DNA from: Phoronis australis
Taxonomy: Eukaryota > Animalia > Phoronida
Assembly: GCA_002633005.1 (NCBI GenBank)
Contig: NMRA01000439.1
Coordinates: 62,001 to 126,000, forward strand
DNA: 64,000 nt
Direction: 5' to 3'
Below, piece after piece: positions 13,101-28,100 of the stretch; the first letter of the stretch is position 1; every line of letters starts with the position of its first letter. A program made the position numbers and the translations under genes. Below the pieces are notes generated by a model, which saw only the letters and a list, made by a program, of their open reading frames with translations, ran no database searches and was not told the DNA's origin.

Positions 13101-16100
13101 TGGTCATAACACAAAACAATTTCATAACCACACATTACTCATAATGGTTAATCATTCATGTATATGTGCGAATACTATGACTTACTCGTCACATTTTCAA
13201 AAGTGCTTTGTTGTTTCCGCAAACTAAAGCTTGATCAGGGTATTGATAAAAACTATTGTACAAGCTTCAACATCACAATTTATCGAGAGTCGGACTGTGA
13301 TGTTGTCCTGGAATATTCCTTGAAGCGGTTAAAGGGCTATGTAGGACCTTACTGACAAGTTTGTGTATTTAGTCCAATGTCTGCAAAACTATTACGTATT
13401 TTATCTAGTCAGTAAAAGTACGTTTTCTATAAAGATAGTCTGTGGAATTTGACGTTGAACTTTTTACCAATCTGCCATTAACTGACGTGACCATGTCTTT
13501 TGGTAAAATTTAGCAAAAAGGACAGGTTCATTGATGGCCAGGCACTGGTATCCGTAACAAGACCAAATTATTATAAATGTTCTTGAAAGATGAAATTTCA
13601 AAATGCCGTTACTGTTTTATAAATTACCACTTCATTTTAGTTTTATGCAACATTTGAATATTTTCATAAAAATCATAGAAGTCTTATTTTTGATAGCTCC
13701 TCATGCACACGTGCAAAACTTTGAAAACAATTCCTAATGCCGTTTTCGAGAACAGTGCATAAAGCACAGTGTCTCAATGTTTCATGTGAATCCGATCGGC
13801 CATTTCTGAAATATGATGTTACGAAGTTGGCCAAATTTAGGGTCCCACATGACCTTTATGCAAACAATTAGCGCAATCAGTTGAAGAGCAGTTAATCCAA
13901 CGCTGAGGTGGTAATCATACAGATAACGCCACCTTTTAGCAATTCCTCACCTTAGCCATGAAATAGTTGACAATGCTGCACTGAGGTGCAACAAATGACT
14001 CCTTGAACATAGTCTTCGGCTCGGCCTGGGCTTTGTGGGCCTTGGGCGAGGAGGGCGGAGGGGGCCCAATGATTCTCATGGCCTGGTACATGCGCAGCTT
14101 GGATGGGTCGCTTACAGTGCCAGACTCTGAGAATTTAGAACAATGCTGTGTATAAGAAGATAATTTATGGCGAAGTTTGTCTAGACTCGTTGAAATTATG
14201 GTTAAAATTAAGAAGAAACTGTGAGAAAGAATTAAGCTGTTTGTTCATGAAAACCTAGCCCAACCTTTTCTCCGAAACTCCTTGACTTCCAAGAGAAGAT
14301 GTTTGTCAACACTTTCTCAAAAACTAAATGTACAAAATAGACATACTACTCAGGACGTTTGTATAAAGGCGGCACAGGGCAATTTTCAAAAAAAAATTTT
14401 TGACTAAACATGCCACCAAAGGGAAACTTAAGAATATTTCTGAGCCTCTTTTGGTCACTGTCACTAAGAGAGTCATTTATGAAAAAGTTTGAAATACTTG
14501 GAAGAAACCGAGATCACAAAGTTTAAGAACTTTACTGACATCTATTCGGAGACTGCTGCCTCAAGCCGGCATTCAACAAAATTCTCTACCCATCCAAATT
14601 CTTACTTGAAAGTCCGGTGTTAAGCTTCAGCTGCCTTCGCACACTGCCACCAAACACTATGCCCCACATCTTGTCACAGAGGGGGTGTGCCACCAAACGG
14701 AACAGCATGTTACAGTCGTACACTGAGAAGGCGTGGATGAACATGCTCATGTAGACGGCCATTAGTGCCTCGCACAGCATGATGTGCAGCTTCGGCGCAT
14801 TCTCGTCGCGCTCACGCGCCAGAAATGCCCTCAGTTGAGTCACACCTACAACAACGATGCGACAATTGTCATGTATTCCCCACGCAAAGTTGCTTCAAGA
14901 CACGGCACTGTTGTCTGCTGTTTATACCACTAGACTGAAACCTCCCATCAGCATTACATGGGATCTGTCCACCAAAGACCTGACTGTCGTCTGGCAGGAT
15001 ACGGAATTTCAATATGGTGCGGCTATTTCAAAAAATCAGCTATTAAAAGACAATTCTTGACCAATGTTAATCTAATCAGAACTGAACTTTGGGCTTTGAC
15101 TGGTGAATTTTATAACTAAAACTCTCAACGGACAAATCGTACCAAAACATCGAGGGTAATACCATCCTCAGATCATAACCCAGGTAGAACTCTTCATATG
15201 CCCTTTCTTTCAACAGAGCTGTTTATGTTCAGCATTATACACTACAATACGCATCGAAGACACTGGTTACAATATACCTGGCCACTTGCTGGGTGCAGAG
15301 TTGGGAATCTCTTGCTTGTCGCCGCTCGGACGCTTGTACCTGGCACCAGCCATTAAGAAACTGTCTTTGTACACAACAGATGTGCTGGAAGATAAGTACA
15401 CTGAAACATTTACCAACACCGTCTTTGTATCAGAGATGAGCGTTCTAACCATGGAATGACACCATCAAAACTACCCACCTAGTGAGCAGTGAGCCACAAA
15501 TGGGCCACGACTAAGCCATTCACAGCGAATCTTTTTTATTCCCAATGTTGGAGGTGCCAAGTGGGCCGTTGTCTTTCAGTCGCTATTATATAGATATTTT
15601 GGGGCCTATCCCAGCCAGGTAATTCAACAGAGGCTGAACATCACTGTACTGATTGGCAGAAAATGGGGATAGTATTGGTGTTGCAAACATTTCATCAGGG
15701 CTGACACCACTTCATGCATTGATTCTCAGAGTTAACTCAAGAAAATTTACCCAATACAGACTCCTTGTCGTTTGCCAAACCTGGTGCAGCGTAGTATAGG
15801 ACAGTACACCGGCCCCCTCGTCCTCCCACAACTCACACACTCACCGGTACAACCAGTAACTACCTACCTGAGACTAGTGAACCCTTCCAGGCCTACGTCA
15901 GTGTCTTCCTTTTTGGAGATGACAACATTATCACAGTCACACAGACACTGGTATATACAGGCGGACAAGGCTGAGCCAAGATTCTTCATCATCAACACCT
16001 GAGAATGCAAGACAAATAAATTCAGTCACTCACGGTTCTATTCTTATTAATGCAATTCTTGTCTGACAAACAGTTTTCATTATCCACGATTCAGTTCTTT

Positions 16101-19100
16101 CAAACTCATTTCTTTTCTTGGCAACCAGCTGACAGGAGGAGCACCTTGCTCAACACTAAGCATGTGTTTAGCTCAACCTTAGTGCAAGCTTAGCACATGC
16201 TTAGCAACTGCACAGCATATGCTTTGCACAAAGTATCAATTGAAATCTATCTGGTGGAGTGTACACTACAATTGAGAACACATGGGGTTAACAAGAACAG
16301 AATTGTATTCGTAAGAACAGAACTGCAATACACGAGAAAACAGCTGACCCACAAGGCTAAGTACACAAACTAGTTGATAAGGTCCTACATAACCTTTAAG
16401 TGACAAATAAACTTATGATCCATCAAACTAAATTTGGATTTGGATCGTTCACCACAAAAGCGGTCTTAATTTCTTCCTTATACTCAGACGAGAAATGATT
16501 TTGGGCTTTGCAAAGAACTGACAGCGTTATTCGACGAAACCCTGCTCCATGATTAAAACAACACTCCAAATCAACTAGGAGAGCTTGGTCCCAACCATCA
16601 ACACACCTTCAGTTCATCCCAAGCCTAGAAATCCACACCTACATTGACAAGTGGTCTAAATCAATTGTTGTTTTTGTTCCAGAAGAAGAGTTTACAGCTC
16701 ATTTGAAACTGTTTACAATGAGCACGTGGAATGTCGTGTCTGCGCCAATTCAATCAATTCCACCAGTAAATGAACTCTGGTGATGATCAAATTTCCTGGT
16801 TTTCCCTTACCTCTCTGGTGATGTGCGTGTGCACAGGCGGCAGACTGAAGTCAACCACCGAGTGCATCAGGTCACCGGTGATACTCTGCAGGTGGCGTAT
16901 GGGGTCGGACAGCACCGTCTTGGAGCTGGCGACGCTGGCAGACAGCAAGGGCAGGGTGGTGGGCAGGGGCAGGGGCGAGAGGAGCTGCTGGCGTGGCCGT
17001 TCCTGCTGTAGCTCCTGTAGTAGGAGCATCAGCTCCATGCGTATGGAGGCCAGACCTCCCCCTGTGGTGCCATGCAGACTGCAGTAGCTGATCAGAGTAC
17101 GCAGTAGCTGCTGGTTTAACTGTAATCGAATGGAAATCCCAGCGGAATTATACACAAAGTCATGCTTTCTGTCAAAATCCTTAAGTTTTGATTTAGGCCA
17201 TTTACTGTATATTAGTCTAGTACTATGAATCTTTCTACTGGACGCACCCCATTAAAAAATTGACGCTGCGGGGCTCACACCTGTCCCCTTTTGGTGGAGC
17301 AAGATTTAACCTGTCCAAAAACTGGCAGAGGGCATTGCTCTTACTATACAACAGAGGTCGCCCTAGTACAGTTCCACGGGAAAGACGGGGAGACCTGAGA
17401 CCGCCAGTCAATCACCTTCTGAAGAAGGGGACACGTATCATCCCGCATCGTCAAGTTTTTAACAAGGTATGTCAGGTGGAAAGATTCATAATTACTCACA
17501 TATACATGGACCAGGATGAATAATAATCTGCATCAGTTTACAGGCCATTTACTGTAACAGGGCTTGGAATGACCAATGACAAAAAACGCGGAAACTTTTA
17601 CGGCCCAAATCATGCCTTGAAATGGTCAATGTGAACCTTTCCTCGACAAAAATCGGGAGGTCTAAAAAAAAAAAAAATGTTACCACCATCAGTACCTTGC
17701 GTCTGCGTCCTTTTAGCTCTTAGCTTGCCCGTCCGCACTCCCAACCCCACACATTTTTGGCTACAGAGCGGCAGTATTTGTCGCCGCGCTTAACAATAAC
17801 ATGAGACGCCATTGAAAATCCCACCACGCTGTCCCAGGTGCCCCGGCAATGTTGACAATTTACGTTCCTCCGAAATATAAAGAGCAACTTCCGCTTTTCG
17901 AGATGAATGTCGTCTGCGACACCGCGGTAAGTAAGGAATTTGCCGCGGAAATTTTATATCAAATCCGATTTTTTTACGCGGAAATATTATAAAAAAAGCG
18001 GACAGCACATTTGAAAAAAGCGGAAATCCGCGTTTCCGCGGAAAATTCCAAGCCCTGCTGTAAGTTATAAAATTTTTTCTTGTCTTTTACCTTACTCAGT
18101 TTAGAAGTAAATCTTTGGGCTCAGGAGGAGCTGACAGCTTGGAAATCACACTCATTTTCATGAATGAGCAATTTGAGACCGACTTTGTATCGGTAAGTGG
18201 CCTAAATGAAAACTTGCTTCCACGGAAAGCACGGGTTTAATGCCACATGAAGTGAGCCACCACATGGAAAGCGTGACGACACCGTATGAGAAGATCGCGC
18301 ATTTGGATCACGATTCCACCACGAAACTCAAACACCAGCTCAGACTCAAACTGACCTCGTACTCCAACAGTACACTATGGACCCAATCAAAAAGAACTAC
18401 TTAAATTTACAATATTGAATTGTCACGAAACAAAACAAGTTTAATTTCTTGTTACCCGGCTGCGGCTGTTGTAGCTTGGTGGCCATGGAGTCATGCTTTA
18501 GGTATCAACCTAATCAAAAACTACACAAAACTTAAGCGAAATTCCTGAACTGACAAGGCACGGAACACGCACTAAACCAACTGTCATCTCACCCTCAGCC
18601 AACGACGCCGCTTCTTCACCCTCTCCATCTTGGCCTCAAAGTCCATCTTCTCTGCCAGTATCACCTCATGCAGCGTGCCTTTCTCAAACCGGCCAGACGA
18701 CACGAACTTATCACCTGATGAGTGCCGTCTGTGTGGCGTACACGAACCCGAGCCGTCTGATACCTCAGTCGACTGAGGGTCTGAAATAAAAACGGTTCAT
18801 TTTTTAGGAGTGTTTTGAATTACCTAACAGTTTTGAATCTCATCTGTTAGCCCAATAAACAGACCAGTCCTGTAATAGCTTTTAAACATGAAAAATGCCA
18901 TCAAAAAGTGAATATGCAGCTACCAGGAGAAAACATGGTTAACAATTTCTTGATTCCATTGAATACTTAAACACTGATATATTGTAAGAGATTTCAGGAT
19001 TTGGGAACAGAGATTCATGTTGGCTTGGATAGCACATGTAGCCAAGAGAGAGAATGAAGACGGCCTGTTTTAAGACATCAGCAAAAACGATGGCTCAACG

Positions 19101-22100
19101 AGCAATTTTAACATTTCTGATTGATAAACTTTATTGGGACCAACAACTTGTTTCAGTACGATAAATATTCAAACACAAAAAGATTGCAGACTACTATGAA
19201 TCGTCTATTTTTAGCACAAATGTCACACTGACGATCGAAAAAATGCTGGCAGTCATTTTTTTTGGGTGAATACTTCATGGTCCTGAGGTGTCATAGAGAC
19301 CTCTTACGGAATCCCCGCACATGGTGAGTCTTAATCTTTCAAATTCTAGGAGAGTCCTTCCCAGGAAGAACTGAAAGTTCATTATTGCTCAAGTCTACGT
19401 TCAACAAGCCGACGTAACTTGGGTGATCATTTGATGCACCAAGCACAATCTCAAACAACAATGAACCCTTAGTTCATGTTCAACAAGCTGACCTAACTTG
19501 GGTAACCATTCAATGCGCCAAGCACGATATCAAGCAACAACAAACAATTAGTTCTTGCTAAGCACAGAAATCACTTCTGATGCGAGTAAAAAACAAGTTG
19601 AGACTGATACGGTCGAGTAGGATCCGAGAAAAAGGGTTAACTTTGGAACATCATAACTCATAAATGGCCGATCGCGTTGGTATAAAACTTCAAGTGACCA
19701 GCATTCTCCCATAGTGACCACAGTGTAACACAAGACAACATGACTTACCTGACCGTGACAACACCTGGTCACCAAGTTCGTCCAGACACTGTCCATAGTT
19801 ACACAGCGTCCTCAACATCTCAACCTCGCGCTCCAACCAGATGTATAGCTGATATCTGAGATGACCGCCATCCACTTCGAAGCCCGTCCCGAGCGTACTC
19901 AACTCCTCCATGACAATCTTCAGGCAGGCGATAAACTTCAGCTGCTGCGCCATGATGTCAAACGTGTAGCCGTTGTTGTTGTTGTTGTTGTTGTTGTTCT
20001 TAGCCACACTTCCAACATCATCGTCAGCGGTGACACTGCCCGTCTCTTCCGGTTCTTCATCGTCGGAGCTGGCACACGAGATCTTCATCATTATTGGTTC
20101 TTCATCATCCGAACTGTCAATGCCATTCAAACCTGCTGTAGGCTGACTCCAGTCAATTTCACTGGACTTTTGTCCCAACCCTAGCAAAAGAATAGAAATG
20201 ATTAAATCAGGACACAATGAAGGTACAAATTAAACAAAACATAGAAGATAAACATTAAACGAAAAATAGAAGATTAACCAACAGCAAATGTATCAATTTC
20301 TACACAAAACAAAAATAAGAATGCACCAAGCACTTCATTTAATTCTCGTGTCAAAATCTGCCCAGAATATTTGAACTTTAATAGCCAGTAAATGGTACTA
20401 CCCGACGACATAGGCTGGCTCCAGTCAATAGCACCAGCTGACTGGCCGAGCCCAAAGGAAGGTTTAGACCAATCAAGACTATCAGCAGTATCCGTTTTCG
20501 AGGCAAGCGGCGTAGACCAATCAAAACTATCAGCACTGTTTGTTGTCGTCGTCACTGGATTCGACCAATCAAATGCTTCCGCTTTGTTACCCAACCCGTT
20601 CTCAACGGGTTTATTCTCCAGCCCACCCGTCTCAATCAGTGACGCCCGAGTGTCAGAGACAACAAGATGGCCACCGTCAGGATCCATTATTGCCATATCT
20701 TCTTCCTCTGGCTCGATTACGCTCGGCAACTTGGCCAGCACTTCTAAGGCCAGAGCAGGACAGCCTGCCTTAAAGTGCGCGTGTGCTGTTGTGAAGTAGA
20801 GGCGACGTTCCAAAGGCGTAATTTTATCCACCACGGTGACAGTTTGACTGTCAGTTGACGACTCAGAGGCGTGGCTAAATCCAGACAGAAGGACTGTTTT
20901 GCCCTTACTCTGGGCTTGCATAGCCAACTTTTGCCTCATGAGCAGTGGGTGTGTCCGCAGGTAATTATAGAAATTAAACACGCTTGGGGTCGTAGAGTAA
21001 GTGTCATCATCGTCCGTGCGACTTGACTTTCTCGCCGTCGCGTATGCGTCATGTTGATACCCGAGCTCGGTGTCCAGGAGTGTCCGCAGTGATCGACGGT
21101 AGTCCTTAAGTACCCAGAAGGCCATGCTGCGGTAAAAGGGGTCAGGGTGGACGCAGGCAGAGTTGTACTCGCGACCAGCCTCATTGCAACCGAGTACGTT
21201 GGTGTAGAGCAAGGAACGCAGCATCGCCGGCAGTGTCTCATCGAGCTCGCTCTCGTACAGTCGCGCCACCACCAGGGCGAGCTGCAGGTCGTCCAGCTTA
21301 TTGAGAATAATCTGAAGCAAACAGAAAACTCATGCAAGTCCTCAACAGTCAATTTTTAGCAGGTTGGACAATCAAGAAAATTTTAAAAAAGAGTGTAGTT
21401 CAAGGTTAATACTTTTTGCTTTCATTTCAGAGGATGAGAGCAGCCTGGATCAAACTACTAGAGGCAGTCTGGGAGTTTTGCACCTTTTGTAAAACTTGAC
21501 TGTATTGTCACATCATCAAAATCTGTTTGAAAAAATCACTGGACCACAAGCAAAATCATTACTGATCTGTATGAAATATTTTGTGATTACCTGATACATG
21601 TCAGCTGCAGTGTAAAACATCAAGTCAATAAATTTTAAGAAATGACCACATTTATTATTCAATGAAGTCAGAATCAAGAGAAAATTGTAGAAGTTGAGAA
21701 AGAAATTAAAAATAAAATTTAGTAACCTTAAAGGGAATTCATTGAAATTTAAACTGTCTTGGAAATGTCACTAACTTTCTGACAAAACTGAGATTGTTGG
21801 AAATTAAAGACAGTCCTTAAACAAAATGAGGACAGAAGTTAGACTGATTTTCATATCCCTAACCAACATTAGACAGACATTAGACTGATTTTCATATCCC
21901 TAACCAACATTAGACATTTCCGTGAATAACTGTTATTCAGCCGCTACCTCGACAGAGTCCTTCAAATTCCCAGCCAATAGGAAGAAGGCAGCCGCGTGCG
22001 TAAATCGCTGTTTGCCTAGCAGGGCGTACGCATTCTTTAAAGCCGCCTTTCTCCAGCGGTCCTCAGAGAAGTTGTTCTTAAAGAAATCGCTCATTTTCTT

Positions 22101-25100
22101 GTTGTTGACCGACCTACAGGGGAGACAATCAGCTTACTGGAATACAACTTAAGTACATCAAACTGAAACGGACTGGCTAATTTACAACTCACAAAAATCG
22201 ACACTAGATTAAAATTAATAAATTCTACAGAAACGTGTTTACCCTCTCTCACAAACACTACCACGACAGGTAAGAGATGATTTTTTAAAAGAATTGCACG
22301 TCTCCCTGTTAACTGTCAAAAACCAAGAACACATTTTTTACGAAAAAATGACTGCACAGTTACAATTAACAGTCGGCCCTGTTTCAAGCACAGATTTTAC
22401 TGTCAGTTCTGTAATAGTGACTTACCGGAGTTCCACATATTGACAACCAGTTTCTCCACTGAGTAACAGGCAACAAACTGGTTCTCAAAATGCGGGACCC
22501 CTGTAAGTGACTATAGCCATCAAGTCAACAGCCAAGGAAGTAATATTGTCACTGTCAAAACAAATAAGGTTATACCAAAAGCACTATTTGGCTGGGTTAA
22601 CAATCACAGAGTTAGATGCCAATGGATGGAACTAAACATCCAAGCATTGGGTGTTTTCAGCGTGTCACATTTCGGATATGATGACACGTTACACACTAAA
22701 AAACACTGCATAATATTCATGGGGAATTAGTTACTGAAGTCATATTAATGTGCTTTTTGCATTCTGTGTGCGTAATGTCTCGGTCACATAAAAATTTCGT
22801 ATCAATGAGTCAGTGGCAGAAAAAGTGTAACAGTCTGACAGTACATTATTGGAAGAGCCGGTTACGTGTCAACACCAAAAATCCCCAATGTCTGCTACAA
22901 ATTCGATTCTAAACCACTCCATGATGCTAGACATCGGGATGGAACTCAAACTGTAGTTATGAGCCGTGTGCCGTCAGGCATGTGACTACGTTGAGTGAGA
23001 TTGCGCTGAGCATTACCTGAAGGGTCTCCAAAGGTAACTAGGTTGAGTAAGATTGGGCTGAGCATTACCTGAAGAGTCCCCAAAGGTAACTAGGTTGAGT
23101 AAGATTGGGCTGAGCATTACCTGAAGAGTACCCAAAGGTAACTAGCTTGAGTAAGATTGGGCTGAGCATTACCTGAAGAGTCCCCAAAGGTAACTAGGTT
23201 GAGTAAGATTGGGCTGAGGATTACCTGAAGAGTCCCCAAAGGTAACTAGGTTGAGTAAGATTGGGCTGAGCATTACCTGAAGAGTCCCCAAAGGTAACTA
23301 GGTTGAGTAAGATTGGACTGAGCATTACCTGAAGAGTCCCCAAAGGACATTCTTTTTCTTCATAGCCAGGTAATACAGGGCAGCGTCCAGTGGATCCTTT
23401 TTCTCTTGAAATGATGCCTTGGCCACCTGCATAAAGATTAATAACTCTAAAGTCTAACACAAGAGGGCTCTGATCGAATCCTAATCAAAACAGTACAATA
23501 GGCCACAGCAGTGAACAAGCAAGCAGTCTTTCAATAAGGATGAAAAGTGTGATGTCTGGGATAGCCTTGTAGATTCCGGACATTTTGGTTCTAACCCTTG
23601 CCACTTTTCTTCGGGAATAACATCAGATCAAAAGTCGTAACTGGAAAATCACCAGTAACTATCCGTGTTACAAACAATGTGGTCAATATGCTACTCTGTA
23701 CGGTTCACGAATCCTGTGACGTGATCTTCAAATTTATGACCAAAATGTTGTTAAATTTGGCATTTTGCCAGTTTGGACAAATGTATAAGTGCAACTGATT
23801 ACACCACCGCCATCTTGTTTGTCTGTATTTCGGAGTAGTTGCTAAATGAGTGACGCCATCATTTTCCGAGAAAGAGCAACACTTCTGGTAACTTTACACA
23901 AAGCTGGCTGTGTGAGATATGCTGACTGATAAAAGCACTACTCCCAAATGGACTACTTCCTTATTGTGTTTCTAAATGGATCCTTTGGTTCAAGGTAGGT
24001 AGCCACTCCACAACCCTTGAACACCCCCAAAACTTATACAGCAGACTTTGTAAATGGATTGTAAACTAGTGCCTGAAATGAAAACGTTGCGTCGTCGGCT
24101 ATTTCTTACGACTTTATGAAGTGTCAAGTCTATTTTCAGATTCTAATGACACAAAAGGCAGTGATATTGAAGAAACAGGATGAATGTCAAAACCACTATT
24201 GTCCAAATCTTCAGAATCAACGGCATACACTTCAGTGTCCCAAATTTTAGACACTGTCGCAAACTGGAGAATTTTTTCCGATATCCTTCCATGTTTCAAA
24301 CGGCCAGAGGCAACTTCCCACCATCCTCACCTTCTCCATACACTTGCGCAACAAGTTGGTATTCATGACGATCCAACCGAAGCCGAACTGTCTGAGCTCT
24401 GTCCACTTTGGTTCAGCCTTCTGCATGCTGGGGATCATATTCATCAACTCCTGCAATTGTGACAGTCACGTGACTCCAGCAATTTGATAACAGGCTCTGA
24501 GAGCCACACTTCAACGTTTCAAATAAAAATTACTCTGAATATGATATGGTATTAAGAGAAATGTTCATTATGTCCAGAGAGAGGGCAAACAAGAGCTTTC
24601 GATTTGTTGACATAAGGTTATAGGTCAGTAGTGCATACGTGGATCATTGGTTAGCGTAGTGGGCTCTCAACAGAAAGGTCGTGAGATTTACTCCGGCATA
24701 AAGCTGTCATGCAGTTATATCCCTGAGAAAGGCACTGAAATTTTCGGCCGCCTCGGTTGTACAAACAATTACCAGTCTTGGCTGGGATTTAAGAGACCCC
24801 CTAGGCGAACGGGAAATTTCACAGACAACCCACTATACATAAAGATTTCATTTAATTTAATCTCTTTATTTCAACATGCGATTGACAACCGTCTTATCCA
24901 AAGAGAGTCAATAATCTCACCAGTGTTAGCAAATGGCCCGATGTGACTGATGGCTTGAGCATTTACTTATGCTTTTGCTGTTAGATTAAATCTTTCATTA
25001 AACACATCTTTTACATACTTCCTGTGCCTCTGAGTGGAACGCCCAGGCGATGTCGGCTGAGCTTAGGCCTTGTAGTTGTGAGCGAGCCCGAATTCCCAGA

Positions 25101-28100
25101 GACTTGGACAGATAGATATGATGTCTCATCGCCAGCAGGTAGCGCAGACCGCAATCATCCATAGCCTCGGCTGTGCCAGCATCTAGTGGGCTTTTGGTAT
25201 TGGTGTCTGGCGAGAAGCAACAAGCGCTAGGATTTGTATGCACAACATCACGTGACTAACATGCCTAAGGTTAACGTGAAACCAAATAAAAGTATCCACA
25301 CTTTCAGTTTCGGAGCCACTTGTATAAAATTTGTAGAATGTTTTAAAACCAGTCTTAAAGTTGGGGTGCAATATATTACTGAGATTTCAGGGGAAATTGA
25401 AAACAATTAATGTCGGTCCCATGTGAAAATTGCATGAAATAATGACATTATTTTCGGGTAAAACTTTACTAGGAAAAAGTTTTGCATTGAGACACCACTT
25501 CGACACGATTCTGAGTTCCACCAAATTTTGCACGATTCATTCCGGAAAAAATTATTGGTGAGCTAACTGTTTGTTTACTCAATAAATAGCCTGTCCTTGG
25601 CCATGTCAGTATTGCATCCTGTTCTCTGTCTCACATTTATTCAGATATTATAAGTCTCACAAACGTCTGACAAAGGGCATTTAAAAGGTCTGTCAAAAGA
25701 TCTTACAGAACTTCTTGTGGTTCGTAATTGCCCAGGGACCCAAAAGATTAGAGGAACCTGCGAAATTTCCTGGATTTTGAAATACATTGTTAGTTACATT
25801 TAAAAAATAAATGGGACGCCCAGAAGACGAGCATAGAGAGCACAAAACGACACAATGTATATTTTCTATTCAGTCTATGAAACACTCACTCTTGTTTAGA
25901 GAGACATCGGGTGAGAATCTCTCCGCAAAATCAGTCTTGGTCCTAGCCACCGTGTCAGCCAGGGCTAACAGGTACATCTGGTCAAGGCTGGACAGTCCAG
26001 GAAGTTGAGTGTAAGTTAGGTGCTGCATGAGCGACTGCGCCTGGGCAATACCAAAGTGGTGAAGAGACTGGGGCCCGCTGGCCTGGTTGAGCGATGTGGT
26101 GCGTGGCCGGCCGGTGAAGGCACCATCTACACCATCACTAGTGCCATCATGGTCGTCGTCGTCGATGGAGTAGTTGAGGAATGTTTCCTCATCCCCATGA
26201 TCGACAATGTCAGATGAAAAAAGACCCGTGTAATCCTGCTCACGCTGGTTGATAGTACCACTGGCCCCTGCCAAAGCATTCGAGAATGTTAGTGAGAAAT
26301 CAAACATCGAGCGATAATTCATTCATCAATGAGTGGATTATTCTCACTGTTTCAAGGTGAACAGTGCGATTATTTGAAGAAGACTGTGACTTATGCTCTG
26401 CACATCACAATATCATTTCTAACTGTTGAAGGCCAATTCAAAACATATTGCCATCGTCAAGAGCAGTTTAACTAAAAATGTGCTAGATTTTTATAACGAG
26501 CTCTGGTTTGCACTGCACAATGTCAGAGCCTACTTAGTTCATTTGAGATAGCAGATTTCTCCATCTCAAAAGAAGGTCCTGCAGNTTTTCTTCAATGAAT
26601 GTCAGGCTTCAAACTGGTTTTCAAAATTTGTGACCCCTAAAGGGAATGTTGTAACCAACCTGTGACTGCTGCATCAGCGTTGAACGCATTGGCTTCTGAA
26701 TCTGCCGCAACGAGGGCAAATAAAGGTAACGGAGGTATAGCACTGATTTCCACGTAATCGCTCTTGACAGGCCCTAGTAGACTTCCATCCATATAGTCCT
26801 GCGGTGGACTGGCTGCAACTGATGTCCTACGGTTGGAGGCACCAATGGAATCGCAATCGTCCTCCCCAATGGTTGTGACGCCACCGCCAGCTGCACCGCT
26901 GGCATCCTGCCCTGTGATGCAGTGCGCCAGGTGGGCGAGAATGGCCTTGACACGACGCACTTTGCCAAAGTTCAGTAACTCCAACAACTGTTTCGGATGG
27001 TACTGGGGTAGCACCGGGTTGGCAATCTGCGCCGCCTCGAACAGACCACAGTCCTGCATGATTTGAAATCCTTCCATGACGCCCATCACACTTCCTGTTA
27101 CCTCTGCCACCGGCCTCAGCGATGATGGTGGTGCATTATGTTGGTTGCCATGGTGATCTGCGCTGCTGCGTAAACTCCCTTTCTTGATGCTAGGTAGCCG
27201 GCTTTTGAGCTCAGCAAAGAGCGGACTCGACGACACGCGCGTCATGCTCGACACGGAGAACGTGCTCGAAAGCTTCATTGTGGAAAATGAGCGCTTGCTG
27301 AAGCTGACCAATGTACTATTTGCCCTCTTGTCACCAGACAGACTTCGATTGTCATTGATCTTCACAACAGGTATATCATGGTATCCATGGTCCGGGATCT
27401 CGACCACCGGTGCCCGCCACTGCGTGTAGACATGCATCTCATTGTCCATACCAACAACTAGTATGCCCTCACGTGCCCACGAGATATGCATGGGTAATGG
27501 CGGGAGACCATCTGCTGTCGTCAAGTCGATACTTCGCATCTTCATCCAACGGATCTCTTCCTGGGGTGTGGCCACCGCCATTGATATATTCTTGTGCAGC
27601 ATGGGACGCACTCGCGACGCCGTCGGCATTGTCGTTTTCTCTGAAACATAAATATTTATACCTGTGGTGATGAAAATAAGCTATCCGGATACTAAAGTCA
27701 AATTTTCTCTAAAATTTGTAACAAATGAATGCATTCATCAGTTATATGCAGGCTAATCCACGTACAGAAAGATTACATATTAATATTAGAACCGTTACAA
27801 AAGTTCTATCATTTCACACCATAAACCTCATTTTAAATCTTTAGTACAAGAACTGTTATCAGACGTTTGCCATCACCTACCTTCCTTTTGCATGGCCTGT
27901 ACAAATTCACTCGACACTGGGGCGTAGACATTGATTTTTGAGCCAACACCTACGGTCAGACAGTGAGAACCGTCCTCCATAGACACCCAGTCCAGCTGTA
28001 CCAGGTGTTTCTGGATTAGCACACCTGGAAATAGAGTAGTTTGCAAATGTCACAATGAGGGCGCTGTGCTGCAGGTTGCAAGATTAATAAGTTTGCAAGT

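Noticed and set aside
14590-14606. Apparent second frameshift at the end of exon 35 (GAT GG|GTAGAG)
   Set aside because: A better donor A|GTAAGA at 14606 gives the correct phase for exon 36
22990-23346. Regular repeat array resembling CRISPR
   Set aside because: No unique spacers, no cas genes, eukaryotic intron; it is a head-to-tail minisatellite
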